From Eledone cirrhosa (taxonomy: Eukaryota): DNA of 64,000 nt. The notes beneath the pieces were generated by a model. That model was not told the DNA's origin and did not search any database. It saw only the letters and a list, made by a program, of their open reading frames with translations. Both the position numbers and the translations under genes were made by a program. Each line of letters starts with the position of its first letter. Position 1 is the first letter of the stretch. The stretch is taken from contig OZ024743.1 of the NCBI GenBank assembly GCA_964016885.1, positions 97,464,001 to 97,528,000 on the forward strand. The letters are read 5' to 3'. Of this stretch, positions 1-14,270 are shown one piece after another.

Positions 1-1120
1 AGGTAAGACTAAGGGTTTAAAAATGAGAATTTACAATTTAAATTCAGGTCTCAAAATCATGTTTTTATCAGCAAAGTATTGAGGTATAAATCTCATATAT
101 TTGTAATATCTTGTTTTGTTTTCAATTGTAAATCCAGTGACGGCAGCGATGAACAATCATAACAAATTATGAGATGACTGCCAGTAAAGTTATACACTTG
201 TGTCTCTCTTTGAAAAATGTTCACTTGGTGCTGATTCTCTGGTCATTATAAAATCATTGTTCAAAGGACAAGCACTTTAACTCTTAAACGATTAGGTTCA
301 ACACTCTCCAGAAACAATCTTATTGTGCAACGATGCTAGAAGCCGCACACGCTGTCATATGCTGTAATTCCATAGAAAACGCACTATTATGCTTGTGATT
401 AAAAGGAAGAGTCTTCCCATTTAGTGTGGTTTATTGTACCGTGTACTCGAATTGATCAAATATTCCCTGTTACAATTTCTCTATACGATACATGATCTAT
501 TCTTGACTAAATGGGTCAAGTCAGTTTAGGTTTTCGAAGTGACATAAGCTTACTATGAAATCACTATTCTCAACTTGAAATGATATTTCCCACTTTGAAG
601 TAATATCTACCCATGATTAAATCATCAATCTCACGTGGATCTAACATTGCTTACTTTGAAAGCGTTATTCTAGACTTGAATTGGTTCATTCATACTTAGA
701 ACTACACTGTAGTATAATACGACTGGTTTGTCTAAATTCTTAGATCACGTTTATTGGATGATGTCAATTGTAATATGGAATAAAGAATAATGTATTAATA
801 TATCAATATATTTCAGTGCATTTGGTTGTGTAGATCGTAAGTGTATATAAAAAAGGATATATATTAAATAATTGGCCATCGAAGTAGAGCCTGCCCCGTG
901 GATATTTATTCCATAGTATAAGAATGGTAAATACAAAAGTAATGTCTTTTTGCATCCATGGTTAGTATTTGAACATATTTTGCACTAATTATTATAAATT
1001 ACAATATCTTAAATAAATTGTTGAATGTATGTCTAAACATATTTATATTCTATTTCCTTATTTCTCAGTGTAACTGATTCTGCTATTTATATAATTCATA
1101 TTCACTTGTTCAATAAAGCT

Positions 1121-1260
1121 TGTGAAGGCGCATGGCTTAGTGGTTAGAGCATTGGGCTTGCAATCGAAAGGTTGTGAGTTCAATTCTCGGTGATTTGTTG
1201 TTTCCTTGAACAAGACACTTTATTTCACGGTGCTCCAGTTTACTCAGCTGTAGAAATGAG
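1121..1260 (+). mobile_element. tRNA-derived SINE head with CORE-like segment (family B)
   Basis: A-box TGGCTTAGTGG (1133), B-box GAGTTCAATTC (1176), then CCTTGAACAAGACACTTTATTTCAC; homologous copy at 58752. Confidence 0.85.
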
Positions 1261-2698
1261 ATGATAGGACTGGGGTCCCTATCATTAAATTACCCAAGAT
1301 ACCTCCAAAGGGATATAACTTGGAGGAGGCCAGCTAAACCTGCATAGGTGCGAGCTGTCACACACAATAAAGCTAGGCCACATAATAAACATCTTAAACC
1401 ATGTAGAAAGTTTAATCTCAAAATAAAAATATTCCATTAAACAACCCGTTGATTAAAGAGTTAAACGACGTAGTTTCAACAATTTTAATTTTTTTAAATA
1501 TCACGCAATCACTTTCGTGACCCGTTCAATGAAATAAGCGGTTATGAAAAACAGTGCCATTATTGTGTGTTTCATTTTATAAGATATATTAATGGTGTAG
1601 GAGAAACGTTGTTAGTGGTACGCAACATCATTTCTATAGAATAGAATAACCGCAGCTGACTGCCCTTGAACTCCATAACATATATATGTTCTATAGAGAA
1701 CACCGAGGAAATCTTCTTGTATGCACCAGAATTTCATAATCTGGTAGTAAGAGGATTAGTATGATATCCTCTAATAAATTCTAATAAGCTCTCGTAGTTG
1801 ACTGACGTAAAATATGGAAATGGTTTAATAAAAAAAATAAATTTTAATTTTCCGGATGAGGAGGTGTGGTGTTTTTTTCTTTTCCTCGTAAAAAGGTAAA
1901 GAATTGAAATCTGCTTATAACAATTTGTTACAAGATTTCTTTGATCCTGTTTCTTTGAAAACATTCTAGAATAAAATATTCTGTTTCTGATCAAATAGAA
2001 GTAGAATATGTTTTCCTTTACGTTTTGTATTAGAGACAAATGCTGGTCCGGGGCATAATAACATTTATGTCAGCTGGAGCTAGACACTTCGACAGAATGT
2101 CTACTAACAATTAGATGGCTACAAGCCGCAATCATTACCACTACTTCTGAAAATCGTGCCGAACGTAGAAACGTAAATACCACCGCATCAACAGACCAAT
2201 AGAAAGCTAGAGTAAATGCCCCTACAAAATTGGTGTTGGCGCCATTACGGATGCTCTAGCAGGCAAGCGTGAAAGCATCTACAAATAGCAAGCAAATACC
2301 CACACCTTCCCGCAACAAAATCATTGTACAGTTTTAAAAATGGGAGGACATATTGAATAAGGCAGTCATACAAACACTTGTTCTAGATATATGATGAATA
2401 TGTCACAGATAATGCGTATTTTATCATTGTCTTGCTACACAAAAGCAACAGAAAACGTGAAACGGTTTACCATAAAGCTGTACCAATATTGGTGACTGTC
2501 CTATTTAAATGAGTTCACCAGCTTAGCAGAAGTGACTTAATAAATTGAAATTTGAAACTTGATGACTAGCGTAAACATTATATTACATTATTCTACTAAA
2601 ATATATTTCATCAATTAATTTAAGTTCTATATTTTTATTAGCTCTAAATCTCCCAGTATTTCGTATTTTACTGGAATGAAACATATGCATAAACACGA

Positions 2699-2701
<3 letters not shown>

Positions 2702-2771
<70 letters not shown>
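2702..2771. repeat. (TA)n microsatellite
   Basis: Perfect TA run; one of dozens in the window. Confidence 0.98.
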
Positions 2772-2772
<1 letters not shown>

Positions 2773-2820
2773 CTGTTTTAACAGCTTACTTACGCTGAGT
2801 TTTTCCATTTCCTATGTGTG

Positions 2821-2863
<43 letters not shown>

Positions 2864-3118
2864 ATACGCAGAAAAAGAAAACAGTGAGAACTGTCGATTA
2901 CTAAAAACTATAGCTTCGAAGATAAGTTAAAATACCTCGGTAGACGGGAAAAAGTAGCCGGCCATTGCTACTGGAAACCAAACTCTGTATCTGTCGTATA
3001 CCGTAGAGGCTGCTGAGCATATTTTTCGGCTACAGGGATATTTTGCCGTTGTTTTAGCTATTATTGATAGCAATTGACTATATTTACAGTCATTTCCTGT
3101 GTTTCATTTTATTATATA

Positions 3119-3523
3119 CTAGCAGATGTACCAGGCGTTGCTCGGGAAATGAATGACAGTCTGAATTGCTCAAGGTCGTTTATGGCTTAGCTAGCAATTT
3201 CTGAGTTCATGTCAGCTTATGTCAGCTAATTGGCTAACCAATGAGAGGTTGCCTCAATAGCACGTGCCAAATCGGCCTAGTACTTCAAAAGTTAAAAGGA
3301 GCCTAGTATTTGTACACAGACAGATACACACACACAATCGATTTTTCGGCCCCAATATCGATTTTTTTCAAATTTGTTTCGTTCAAAACCTGCTCTGGCA
3401 TATAAGCAATACGTGTGCCAAATCTGGTTGAAATCGGCCTAGTAATTCAAAAGTTAAAAGGAGCCTAGTATTTGTACATAGACAGACACACACACACACA
3501 TTCCGACATGCTTTTATTATATA
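3119..3523 (-). mobile_element. Non-autonomous Helitron-like element with internal duplication
   Basis: Minus strand starts ATATAATAAAAG followed by (GT)n/CTGT microsatellite, and ends with GC-rich CCCGAGCAACGCCTGG then CTAG|T; about 75 bp internal block repeated at ~3262 and ~3412. Confidence 0.75.
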
Positions 3524-3526
3524 CAT

Positions 3527-3760
3527 ATGTATATATATAGGTATGTATGCATGAATGTATGTACGTATGTATGTATATATGTATATATGTATATATGTTT
3601 ATATGTATATGTTTATATACATACATATATACGTATGTATGTATGTATGTATGTATGTATGTATGTATGTATGTATGTATGTATGTATGTATGTATGTAT
3701 GTATGTATGTATGTGTGTGTGTGTGTATTTGTGTGTGTGTGTATTTGTGTGTGTCCGTGT
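3527..3760. repeat. Compound (TATG)n/(TG)n microsatellite
   Basis: Direct reading; explains the overlapping low-complexity ORFs. Confidence 0.95.
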
Positions 3761-4042
3761 ACTGGAGAGAGGAGTGTGTACATATATGTGATTGTGTATA
3801 AATGCCACCCAATTTATTGTACGTGAAGTAATGGCAACATTTTAGTACTTATATTTCTCTAGTTTAGATTTATCGACTATAAATTTATGTTTGAAATTCA
3901 TCTCCTTGTACTTCCATTTTAAATTTAAATTTTTAACACATTGAAAACCTATATGTTAATACTCTATCTTAATTCTATGTTAATTCTCTATGTGTGTGCC
4001 TGGATGTATGCGTGTGGACGTACGTACGTAGATACACACACA

Positions 4043-4104
<62 letters not shown>

Positions 4105-5794
4105 ATGTATGTAAGTATATACGTATATATATATACATGCACATATATTAAGTAGTGTTTTAGCAAAAACCTTACAGATATGAGTAGAGAGATTCTTCTT
4201 GTATGTTAAACCATGTGAAATGTTTTCCATCCTTTTTAGCATAAATAAATAACGAAAGCACTACAAATGTGTGTATTTATGTTCCTTGTGAACATGTATG
4301 GGTGTTTGAGTGTCTGTACGTGTGGGTATGTGTGTCTGTGTGTCTGTGCGTGTGGGTATGTGTGTCTGTGTGTGTGTGTGTGCTTGTGCATCTTGCCTTC
4401 AATAATGTACGTATTTTAATGAGTGATGACTGAAATGAAATTCAGAAAATACCATAAAACCAACATATACTACTTTACTCTAAAATAAGCCAAAACAGGT
4501 TTCTTCAGAGTGGTCCCTCAACCTGCCAGAAAGACGAGCTAAATCTCTCTCAAATTAAACAATCATGGAACAATGGATAATGTATTCCTGTATATTTTGT
4601 CTGTAAAGAGGAAGTTAGTAAAGCATAGATCAGTTTAATCAGCGCTGTTAACAATAACGATTTTCAAAAATTATATTATTCTCCTTTTCAAATGTATTCT
4701 CGGAAGAAATTAAGCTACACACTGTTTATAAATCAAATGAAAGTTTCGAACCAAATTTTGATATCCGGCATAGAAAGGCATCATTTTTTCTGGTTATTTC
4801 AATCTTCATTTATATAGATGCAGCAACCAAAACGGCTTAACCTAAGCTGCAAGTACCAATTGAGGATTTAAGTAATCTGCTCTTATCAATTAGAATTATA
4901 CTTCGCTGTACTGAAGTAAGATAATACTTTAATAGTTCAATCAGAATGGAATTTTGACATCTCTTCACCCTAATAAAAGGATCAGAAAATAATTTAATAT
5001 GCAACATCTCTATCTATATTTTGTAATTAGTACCTAATGAAATTTATAATGGATATGTAATCTGGAGATTCTACTCAAATAATTATGTTTATTTGAATTA
5101 ATTACAACTTTGTTCTGATTCTTAAGCTGACAAAAACAATCTGAATTGGCCCTGAGTATATAGAAACTACGATCATGACTCGCATTTTATTATGATTTAG
5201 ATATGTGTACTGTGCTTTCGCAAGAAGACAGAATTTTATAAATTTGTAGATTTTATTCAAACATTTATATGTTTATGTGAGTAGTATCAATTTTGTAGTG
5301 TTTCTTTGATTATTAATACGTGTCTGCGACCTCTCTGTGAATATAAAAAGAGGATATAATACACAATGGAATATGAATGAAAGTATGTACAATGCTAACT
5401 CGAGCAAACACAGACACACACTTCATTATGTTCCTCTTCGCCAAGCGCCAAATTCACCACTGGGTTTGCTCTAACTTTAATCAGAATCGATGGAAGGCAA
5501 ATTGGACACTGACGGTACTGACACCATTGCTCAAATCTGCTAATTCAACGAATTATAACTCTGTATATATATACATTTATTTATGGTAGAAAATATTGTG
5601 GATTATCATAGAAATTTAACGCTTTTGGCGTACTGGATATTCACATCCATTTGTAGAATGGATGCAAGTATTAATTAATACAAAATCAAACTGCAATTAT
5701 TTTCAGTTTATAAATTCAAAATAAACCTATGCGTATATGTTTTTCTGGAGTAAGTGCAGAAAATATAGATAATGAGAATCTCCCAAAACGTCGT

Positions 5795-5950
5795 CCTGCT
5801 TGTTAGAAATAGCAGCTAAATTCTCCACTACCCTCAGACGTTAGGTAAGCTTTACCCGAATGCATTGTCTCTAAATAAGATGGGAATGTTCATGGCTGGA
5901 ACGATTTGATCATAGATGTGCTTGGTTAGGAGTGTTGACCTGATGCTAAC
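5795..5950 (+). repeat. Old interspersed repeat (family C)
   Basis: Motif AGAAATAGCAGCYAAAT.CTCC recurs in degenerate form near 4520, 6710, 15720 and 39760. Confidence 0.55.
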
Positions 5951-8519
5951 CAACTCCGACAATCATTGTCTATGCAGCGTAACGATAAATAAATCCTTTG
6001 CGAATATATCTCCAGAATATTGTTTAACATGTTTTCCATTAGATAAGGCATTCATCTTAAAACAGGATCAAATGTAATTTATATCATCGTCGTTAATTAC
6101 CATACAGCACAAATTATAATGTATAAATGTGCAGCAAGAGAATAGAAGTTGATCTCACAGGGATTTGAACACAGAATGTAGAAATTCATAACTAAATATT
6201 GCAAAGCATTTTGCCTGACGCTCTACCAAAAACTGCCATTCTGATGTCCTATATGGTTTTGAATAATCAAATCCAAATAACTGGAGAAAGATTTAGGATT
6301 GAAATGGCCTCATCTAGGATTACTATTGTTCTAATAGCTTGAAACTGAACAATCTAAATTTGGCAAATGTTTGGAAACCATAAAAGCTTTTGATTTAAGG
6401 AAATATCCAACAAAATAACATCAAGCGTTCTAAATAAAACACCATTATGAATTTAAAAGTCATTTCAGTCTCTAAAAATAAAACTATGTACTTTTGCTAG
6501 AGAATGTGTAGTATTAAAGCTATTTGTATGTTAGAACATTTCTTAGATCTAAAAATAAAATAACAGACGGCAAGTTTTATATATAATTGATGATAATGTC
6601 TATATTTACTTAGACTCCTCATATCAAAATTCTGAACCTTTTCTTATTTATCCCAATTCAAATATCATATTCCGTGAGTCAAATAAGGACACTGTATGGT
6701 CATTCAACCTTCTAGAAATAGTGGCAAAATTTGCGGAGGAACGACTCACAGCAATACATTCGACCGCCCCCAAACATTTTTTAATATGAAATTTCTTTCA
6801 TCCTAAACAAGCTAGATCAAATATATTTTGTGAATTATCTTTCTTGGAAATATCACATTTACAGTTTAGTTTAATTCCTTTCTTTTACGGATTTCAGTTG
6901 CTGAGTCATATTTAGTCCATTATATCGAATCCAGGAGATATTTCTTCAAGCCGGGAAACATTTTATCGCTCTCCTGAGACGGGTGTCTGTAGTTTCCGTT
7001 TACTAAATTCTAGAAGGTGAATCTGAAACCACATATTTGTACATTTCAAATATTTTTTGATTTACTACTAATTGATGTAGATCAACAATAAGTGTTCCTC
7101 GATGGGACACACCCAATTATTTGATTACGTAATCAAACTAAATTATCAATTATGAGGACATTACGAAATTGTCTTCTATCGCACGTTCATCCATGCCTTG
7201 ATTTATCTTTATTAACTCCCTTTTATGATACATGTATATTTCTATGGTATATAGTAGTTTAGATCATGGGCTTAGTACTTCAACATTATATTCTTCCAGA
7301 AGCAACGTTCTTGAAACATCGACTCATCTATATTATCAATTAAGCACTTGAAACCTAAAACATTCATTTAAAATATTATCCTTGTACAATCAAGCTACTC
7401 TTACAATTTAGAAATTATCAATTAAAATTGTATAAATAAGGATAGGATTACATTTTTTTATATTTTTGAACACTGAATATCTACAATATTTGTTGCAAAT
7501 ACGCCCTTTGCCAGCGGTTACCTCATTACAATTGTACACGCAGCAACATGGTCGTAACCCTAGGCAGGATAATGTAATTGGCAGAGATGGTATATTCTTT
7601 AACTATATATATTTCAGTTGGCACTCTATTCAGGAAGTGAAAGTGAGAGTAAATGACAATAGAGAAAGTAAAGAAGAAGTAAATAGGAAGATAGTAAGCG
7701 ATATAGAATTAGAAAAATAAAATTAGAGGAGGAAGGGGAGTTACGAAAGAGTGGCGGGCACGAGAAGGAGAGTGAGAGAAAGACATAGCAGCATGATAAA
7801 GACACGAATACTAGTAGAATCAATATTTATAGGTAGGGTATGGGGAAGTGTCTCTGTGCTAATTACCTACTCTCTAATTACCGATATTGACTGCAGAGTG
7901 ACGTAAAATCAAACAAATTGACCAGAACAGTATAAAATTAGTATATTTCCTGTAGCTGGCACACTTATTTTCATGTTTACTCCTGCCCAGCTTTACAGTT
8001 CTGCCTGCCTTTTGCATCATGTTACCCGTGTCTTTAATTAATTCTGATCTGTTTACTTTGTGCTAAACATTAACTTCATTTAATAAAGCAAGTAGGCACA
8101 GAAATACGTTGTTCATTAGCTGAGAAACTAATATATTTTCTAGATTTACTGTGCTGCTGATAAAATCTAAATACACATCTTGATATTTTCGAAGATTGTG
8201 GACAAAAGGTGTTTAAGAACATAACCTGAGGGATTATACTTCTTTATACAAAGCTCTGAGCAAAAATTAAAATATAATGGTAAAGAAAGTATAAATTTTC
8301 AAGGATTTAATGATGCTGTAATTCTAATAATAATAATAATAATAATAATTACCACCACCGCCGATACTCAATCAACCCTCCGACCACCGTTACTTCATCA
8401 CCACCGCCATTGCTACTTCATCCGTCCCCACCACCGCCACTACTTCATCACCACCACCACAGAAGCATTTGAAAAAGTACTGCTACCAGCACCGCAAAAA
8501 AGCATTTGGAGATTCTATC

Positions 8520-8529
8520 ACTACTACTT

Positions 8530-8567
<38 letters not shown>

Positions 8568-8580
8568 GCTGCTGCTGCTG

Positions 8581-8640
<60 letters not shown>
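8520..8640. repeat. (CTA)n/(CTG)n trinucleotide repeat
   Basis: Direct reading; gives poly-T/L/S pseudo-ORFs. Confidence 0.97.
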
Positions 8641-8720
8641 AACACGCTAAAGTTGATCAGTCTAGTAACAACAATTACAACAACGATTGTAGTAACGAAA
8701 AGCAGCAGCAACAACACAAG

Positions 8721-9180
8721 CATTGGCTGTTATGTTGTAAATACCAACACAAAGTAATAGAGAATTGGTATGAGCATGTGTCTCGTTAATGCTGGGGATT
8801 GGAAAACAACGATATTCTGGGCTTCTGATTTTCAGACTGATAGAGAAACCGAGCATCGTCGATTGGACTTTGTGGTATTTAACAAGAAAGATATACTACC
8901 AGATGATAGAGGTAGCCATAACAAATGACATGAATTTTGCGAGTAAACAGGTTTAAAAAGTCAACAGGTAGTTCAAATTGGAAGTGGGGAGAGCAACACT
9001 GTTTGGAATGCGAGAGGGTAATGTGAAAATGATACTAGTTGTGATCGGGATATCAGAGACGATCCCATTGAAAGTCAAAGACTCCTTAAAGTGGTTGGCA
9101 AACCGTGCAATATTTGGATCATAAAAGCATCAAACTTTCTAGTCACTGCACTCATTTTAGGGGAAGTATTACCTGTCTAA
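8721..9180 (+). mobile_element. 3' fragment of R4/Dong-like non-LTR retrotransposon (restriction-like endonuclease region), decayed
   Basis: Broken frames read HWLLCCKY..WYEH, IFWASDFQTDRETEHRRLDFVVFNKK, MIEVAITND, ILVVIGISET, VTALILGK; this resembles the RLE C-terminus (WD..IQTD...RPDIV); simple-repeat tail follows at ~9260-9340. Confidence 0.8.
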
Positions 9181-9306
9181 GGTCCGTGTTGTTGCTTGAC
9201 ATGTGATTAAATACTCCGCTGAATGTTCCATCTAGACTGCGTGGAAAAGGTATAAGAACAGTAACAACAACAACAACAAAACTACTAATAATAATAACAA
9301 CAATAA

Positions 9307-9341
<35 letters not shown>

Positions 9342-9668
9342 AGACAATTAAGCAAAGATTTCTAACAGTTATGTCAGAATAGCTTAATCACCAAGTTAGC
9401 TTAATATGTAGCCATGAAGCCAAGTTCGATCATTACATTTTGATAACTTCATCTCGTTTATTGAAAGAGTTTTAACCGTTGCAGTAGAATCTTAATGAAT
9501 CAATAATTCAAATAAAGTTTACAACAGATCATATCTTGCACTGAGTTATGACTCATTATTTGCTATTTCAATTTATCTATACATCTAATATTACTACCTC
9601 AATAAACTATATACTCTCCATGCATAGCTTTATTAACAACATTAAAAGCGTATAATCTAAGTGGAAGA

Positions 9669-9760
<92 letters not shown>

Positions 9761-9804
9761 CAATGATATTAATAAATGGAAACTATATTTATAAAACCAT
9801 ATTT

Positions 9805-9864
9805 ATTCTATTATGTATATTTCAAGGGTACCAACACCTTGGTACGCTCTCATCAGATAAAATA
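9805..9864 (-). ncRNA. Minimal type I hammerhead ribozyme
   Basis: Minus strand: TATTTTAT-CTGATGA-GAGCGTACCAAGGTGTTGGTACCCTT-GAAA-TATACA-TA-ATAGAATA. Confidence 0.78.
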
Positions 9865-9924
9865 CAAAGTTTGTTTTATAAATATTGACATATCCATGAA
9901 TGATACCTTAACGGTACAACTTTG

Positions 9925-9985
9925 TATTTTATCTGATGAGGGCGTACCAAAGTTTTGGTACCCTTGAAATATATATAATACAATA
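9925..9985 (+). ncRNA. Minimal type I hammerhead ribozyme
   Basis: TATTTTAT-CTGATGA(9933)-GGGCGTACCAAAGTTTTGGTACCCTT-GAAA(9966)-TATATA-TA-ATACAATA; one helix I mismatch. Confidence 0.8.
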
Positions 9986-10120
9986 AATATGGTTTTATAA
10001 ATATAGTTTCCATTTATTAATATCATTGATATTATACTCCAGAAAACTTGTCGAGTGCTTCGAATCTGTTATAAATATATTTGTTGAATTACCAACAAAT
10101 ATCCCTTAAATATCCCTTTG

Positions 10121-10178
<58 letters not shown>

Positions 10179-10231
10179 GGTTTTGCACTTTCCTGTTGAC
10201 AAGTGTTTTTAGGCCTCATATCATGTTACCT

Positions 10232-10301
10232 TATTTTATCTAATGAGAACAGAATTTTTGTCCCAGGATGATGTTGTTTTCGAAATGCGCATAATAATAT
10301 A
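10232..10301 (+). ncRNA. Decayed type I hammerhead (core G5>A) in an element between TA tracts (10175-10428)
   Basis: TATTTTAT-CTAATGA-GAACAG...TTGTTTTC-GAAA-TGCGCA-TA-ATAATATA; palindromic helix III. Confidence 0.68.
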
Positions 10302-10442
10302 TATGGAACTTCTTTAACGATCTTTTAATTTCTTCTTTAATATATACTCCAGTTCTACCAACTGTTGAGTGCTACTTATCTGATATATGCATAGTTTTAT
10401 TGTTCTACAATATTACTCACCCTCTACATATATATATATATA

Positions 10443-10542
10443 TAGTAATAATAATAAATTTGAAGACTAAAATCCAAAGAGGGCTCCATAAGGATAAATA
10501 TATATCAAATATATAAGAACCATAGAGCAAATATTTATTAAA
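10443..10542. repeat. TA-embedded repeat family E fragment
   Basis: Near-identical to 25573-25672 and to the reverse complement of 54530-54614. Confidence 0.85.
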
Positions 10543-11984
10543 TATATATATATATATCACACGAATGTAAGTTAAATTAATAATATTATTAATGTTGTTC
10601 ATTATATAAGGAGAGACCTATATAAACCTGAGGAAGTTCCGGGCAGAAATGATTATTTATCTAATTTTATTGCGGATGAGATAACATACTTTACTGTTTT
10701 TCAATTGTGTATATATTTTTGGCTTATTTCTCTGTAATTTGATATCATATTTTGATCTACATATTTAAACGCTGATGTATCTACCAATTTCTGTTTATGT
10801 ATCTCCATGTCTTTATCTCTGTGAATTATATATGTATGATAAATATATACTATTATTGATCAACCCTGGTCGAGCATACCTATGATTAAAGGCATTTTAA
10901 CAGTGGTCATTTCATGTACCTTTACGCAGGTATATTGAATTCTATGTTAAGTAAAAGCCCTTGCATCTAGCAGGTACATACGGTAGATAATATTGACCAG
11001 CAGTATTTCATTAGTACATTATTTCCATTGACTTTGATATGATGAAAAACAGATCCCTCGGTGAGATTTCAACTCATATCATAAATCTATGCTCATAAAA
11101 ATACAAGACATTTCCTCCGACGATCTATCAATTCCACAAAAAAAAAAGTAGAAGTCAAAGAAAGGTAAAACAATAACAAGCTTCAGCTGTAGAGCAAACT
11201 TGATTGGTGATATTTGAATTAATATTAGTTTTGAAATTTACACTTTGAATCTCAATGAGATAGAAGGGAGATATTGGGATCAAATCACTTGGCTATGGCT
11301 TCTCACATATAAATCTAATTGAAACTGTCTAATTAAAAGTAATCAATATTGTAGCAGACCACGTTGCTATTAACCTTATAAAGAACAGACGTTCGTATCT
11401 TCTCTTTCCCGGCTTCAATAAATTCTGACCTCGTCCTTTCGTAGCAAATATGTATTTTCCTAACTCTGCCACTAGAATATCCACCGTACAAGTGTCAGTT
11501 GTGTTACAAATGATACTTTTATTAATTCGACTAATTAAAATAATTTTAATTGGTGTAATTAAAGTTTATTTCATTTTGACCTTTCCTTTTATATTCTGAG
11601 CATTTTCAAAGATAATTTAGCCCAAACTTCTTAATATATGATGATCCAGGCGTTAAGAGTAATATCTACAGTCTTAATAATACAATTTAAGATGGGAGGA
11701 GAGGGGGGGGGGGGGGGGGTAGTTGAAATGAAGTGTAGGTCTCCATTGAAATTGTGTTTACAATTAAAGGTCTTCGTAAGAGTTCACTGGAAATCATTAG
11801 TTCCAATGTCTATATTGTTATTCTCAATGTGACAGTTTCCTGTAATATGAAGTCAAAGACCACCATCTTAAGAATGAGTTCTATTTGGCTTTTACAATAT
11901 TAATATAAACTTCTGAAGAAATCGAGAGGAAGAAAAATGGAGTTTCGCAAATAATTGCCTCCCATTATATTCTGTGATCAAATG

Positions 11985-12083
11985 CTGTCGAAGTAAACTA
12001 CGCCTTCCATCCTTACGAGGTCGATAAAATAAAGTACCAGTAATACACTGGAATAATTGCTGGCCTTGTGCCAACAGTAGAAA
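11985..12083 (+). mobile_element. 5'-truncated SINE (family A)
   Basis: CATCCTTACGAGGTCGATAAAATAAAGTACCAGT...GGCCTTGTGCC matches the 3' half of the 41305 copy. Confidence 0.85.
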
Positions 12084-13149
12084 TAATTATATTCTGTGAT
12101 AAAATGCTGTCGAGGTAAACTATGCTTCTCATCCTTCTAGGGTTATATAAAGTATTCAAAGATCGATGAGCAAGTACCCGCCACGATCAGGAGCAGAACT
12201 TCATTGCGACAATGGTGACACAATCTCCCTCTCAACTTTTTCTTTGATCCACAGAAAATGCAGTATGTATCAAGTGCTAGAACAAAGGGTCGTACTAGTA
12301 TTGTGGTACTTTATATATATATATCGAAAGGTTGGAAATCAAAATACACCTCGGTGTTATTCGGACTCAAGACACATTCTCAAATATAATATATTGAACT
12401 AAATACTGACATTTTCGATACTCGTACACCATCAATGTTGACTAATGTTGTTTACTAGTCTACCGTCGACTACACGATTGCCAGTCACTTATACTTATTA
12501 GGTATATCTTCCAACATCTGGTATTTTTCTAACGCCAATCAACGATGGATTTAGGAATGTTACATATGTTGAGGATATCCACACACCTAATTTTGAACGT
12601 GTGAGAAAAATGTTTTACTTTTATCTATAGGAACACCTTTGCATAAGTATACATACTCCCCCCCTCTCGCTCTCTATCTATCTCTCATTCTCTCGCATGG
12701 CTCTCTCTTTCTCTCTCATGGGTCTCTCTTTCTCCCTCTAAAGTGATATGTAGCACAATCCGGGAAAAAAAGTTTACATGAATTGAAATTAACTAAAACC
12801 CATTACCCAATGAATTTACTATTTTTTTTTCAAAAATAAAATTTCACCCCGTTATTTTTTAAACACATTTATTGCTGCTTACGATGAAATAGAAAACCCT
12901 TCATTTCCTTTGTTCTCATTGCCTTAAGATCTATCCATAGTTGACATTGATAGAATTTCAGCATCGGATCTCTCCACCATTCCGTTGGGACATTTTTGGT
13001 TTATCTTTCCATGTACTAAAACTTTCAGACAGATTTTAGAGAGACATTTACCTACATATATTGAGGTGAAGGTGAAATCAATCAATAAAGTTCCTGTAAC
13101 GTATCAATGTGATACCACAATAGGCACTTTTGTTGTCAACATTTGCATA

Positions 13150-13345
13150 TTGGCGCCTTCCCTCCATCAAGCGCCAAAACGTTGCAGGGTTCTGAACTGT
13201 CAAGTCCTAGATGTCGGACTAAGTTTTCCTCATCTGCCTTTTCTTTGTTCTCCCTTAACCGTCTCCCGGGGAATGGTTAGGGACAGAGTGTTGCAGTGGA
13301 CAATGTGACCTTACAAGGTGAGCCTCCGCCTCTTCACTATTGTAT
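13150..13345 (-). mobile_element. RTE-clade LINE 3' fragment, decayed
   Basis: Minus strand reads TIVKRRRLTL*GHIVHCNTLSLTIPRETVKGEQRKGR, similar to the RTE ORF end (VKRRKL.WFGH...GTVEG.RRRGR). Confidence 0.7.
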
Positions 13346-14004
13346 GAAAATTGATGTTTAAATCCATACATTAGTTAACAGTATGTGTTAGCAACAGATT
13401 ATGATAACCAATTTCTAATTAACTACTTCTCAAGGACAAATGCATTGCTTAGTATTATAGAGTTTGGATTATTAGAGATAAAAAAGCTTTCAGTTAAAAG
13501 TTCAAATGGATTACTGATTGGGAAATAATCCATCTAAACGTATCGATGCATTGCTAGCCTTAGCAGGAAGGAAAAATAAATAAGCTGTTAACAGTTTATC
13601 TGACTTCTGTTTGCTAGACAGAGTGAATCATTCTTGTGTCATTACTTTAAGTGATCAGTTCATTTCTTGCTGGGGCCTTTTCTTTATAACAAGACACAGG
13701 TATAATTGATTTAGTAGTGATAGAATAAACCATTTCTTCTCGCGTAATGTATAGATCGTTGTTGTTGATATTGTCGTCGTTGTTGTTGTGTATCTATAAT
13801 ATTACTATGGTTAAACAGATGTATAATCAATGGGTTCTATCCGGCACTCTTCCATTGTTCCGTCTGACACTATATAGTTTTGGGCGCATTAGATAATGCT
13901 CTTTATCAGCCGTTAATATTAGGGTATAGTGACTATTGGATCTTGTAATTCCAGCGACTGTCTAGATGTTTTTCTTTGACACTTTAAGTATAATATACGA
14001 ACTA

Positions 14005-14270
14005 GAGAGACTTAGTGGTTACGGTTATAGTCTCACTATTATGCGAGTGTGAGATCGACCCTGTCGTCGACCCCTCTCCTAGAGGAAAACTCTATTACAC
14101 GTTGCCCCAGATCGCAAATATTAATTGTACCTTAACATATTATGTCACCCTGAATCCTTCTGAGATCTACGTTAAGGGTACACATGTCTGTGGAATGATA
14201 CTCCATTAACTTCACGAGTATGTTGATTATGTCAACTGTAATGTTTACTGTTGGAACAGACAGAAATTCC
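14005..14270 (+). mobile_element. Degenerate SINE (family B, head and tail)
   Basis: CTTAGTGGTTA head; tail CTACGTTAAGGGTACACATGTCTGTGG shared with ~28370. Confidence 0.65.

Larger units (their letters stand above)
9760..10123 (+). mobile_element. Hammerhead-bearing inverted-repeat element with 3' tail (family H1)
   Basis: Arms 9760-9871 and 9918-10029 are reverse complements; ~94 bp unpaired tail; flanked by (TA)n/(TG)n; homologues at 19452-19623 and 59510-59562. Confidence 0.88.

Noticed and set aside
1121-1195. Possible tRNA gene (also 58752 and 41305)
   Set aside because: No complete cloverleaf, and the A/B boxes continue into SINE bodies
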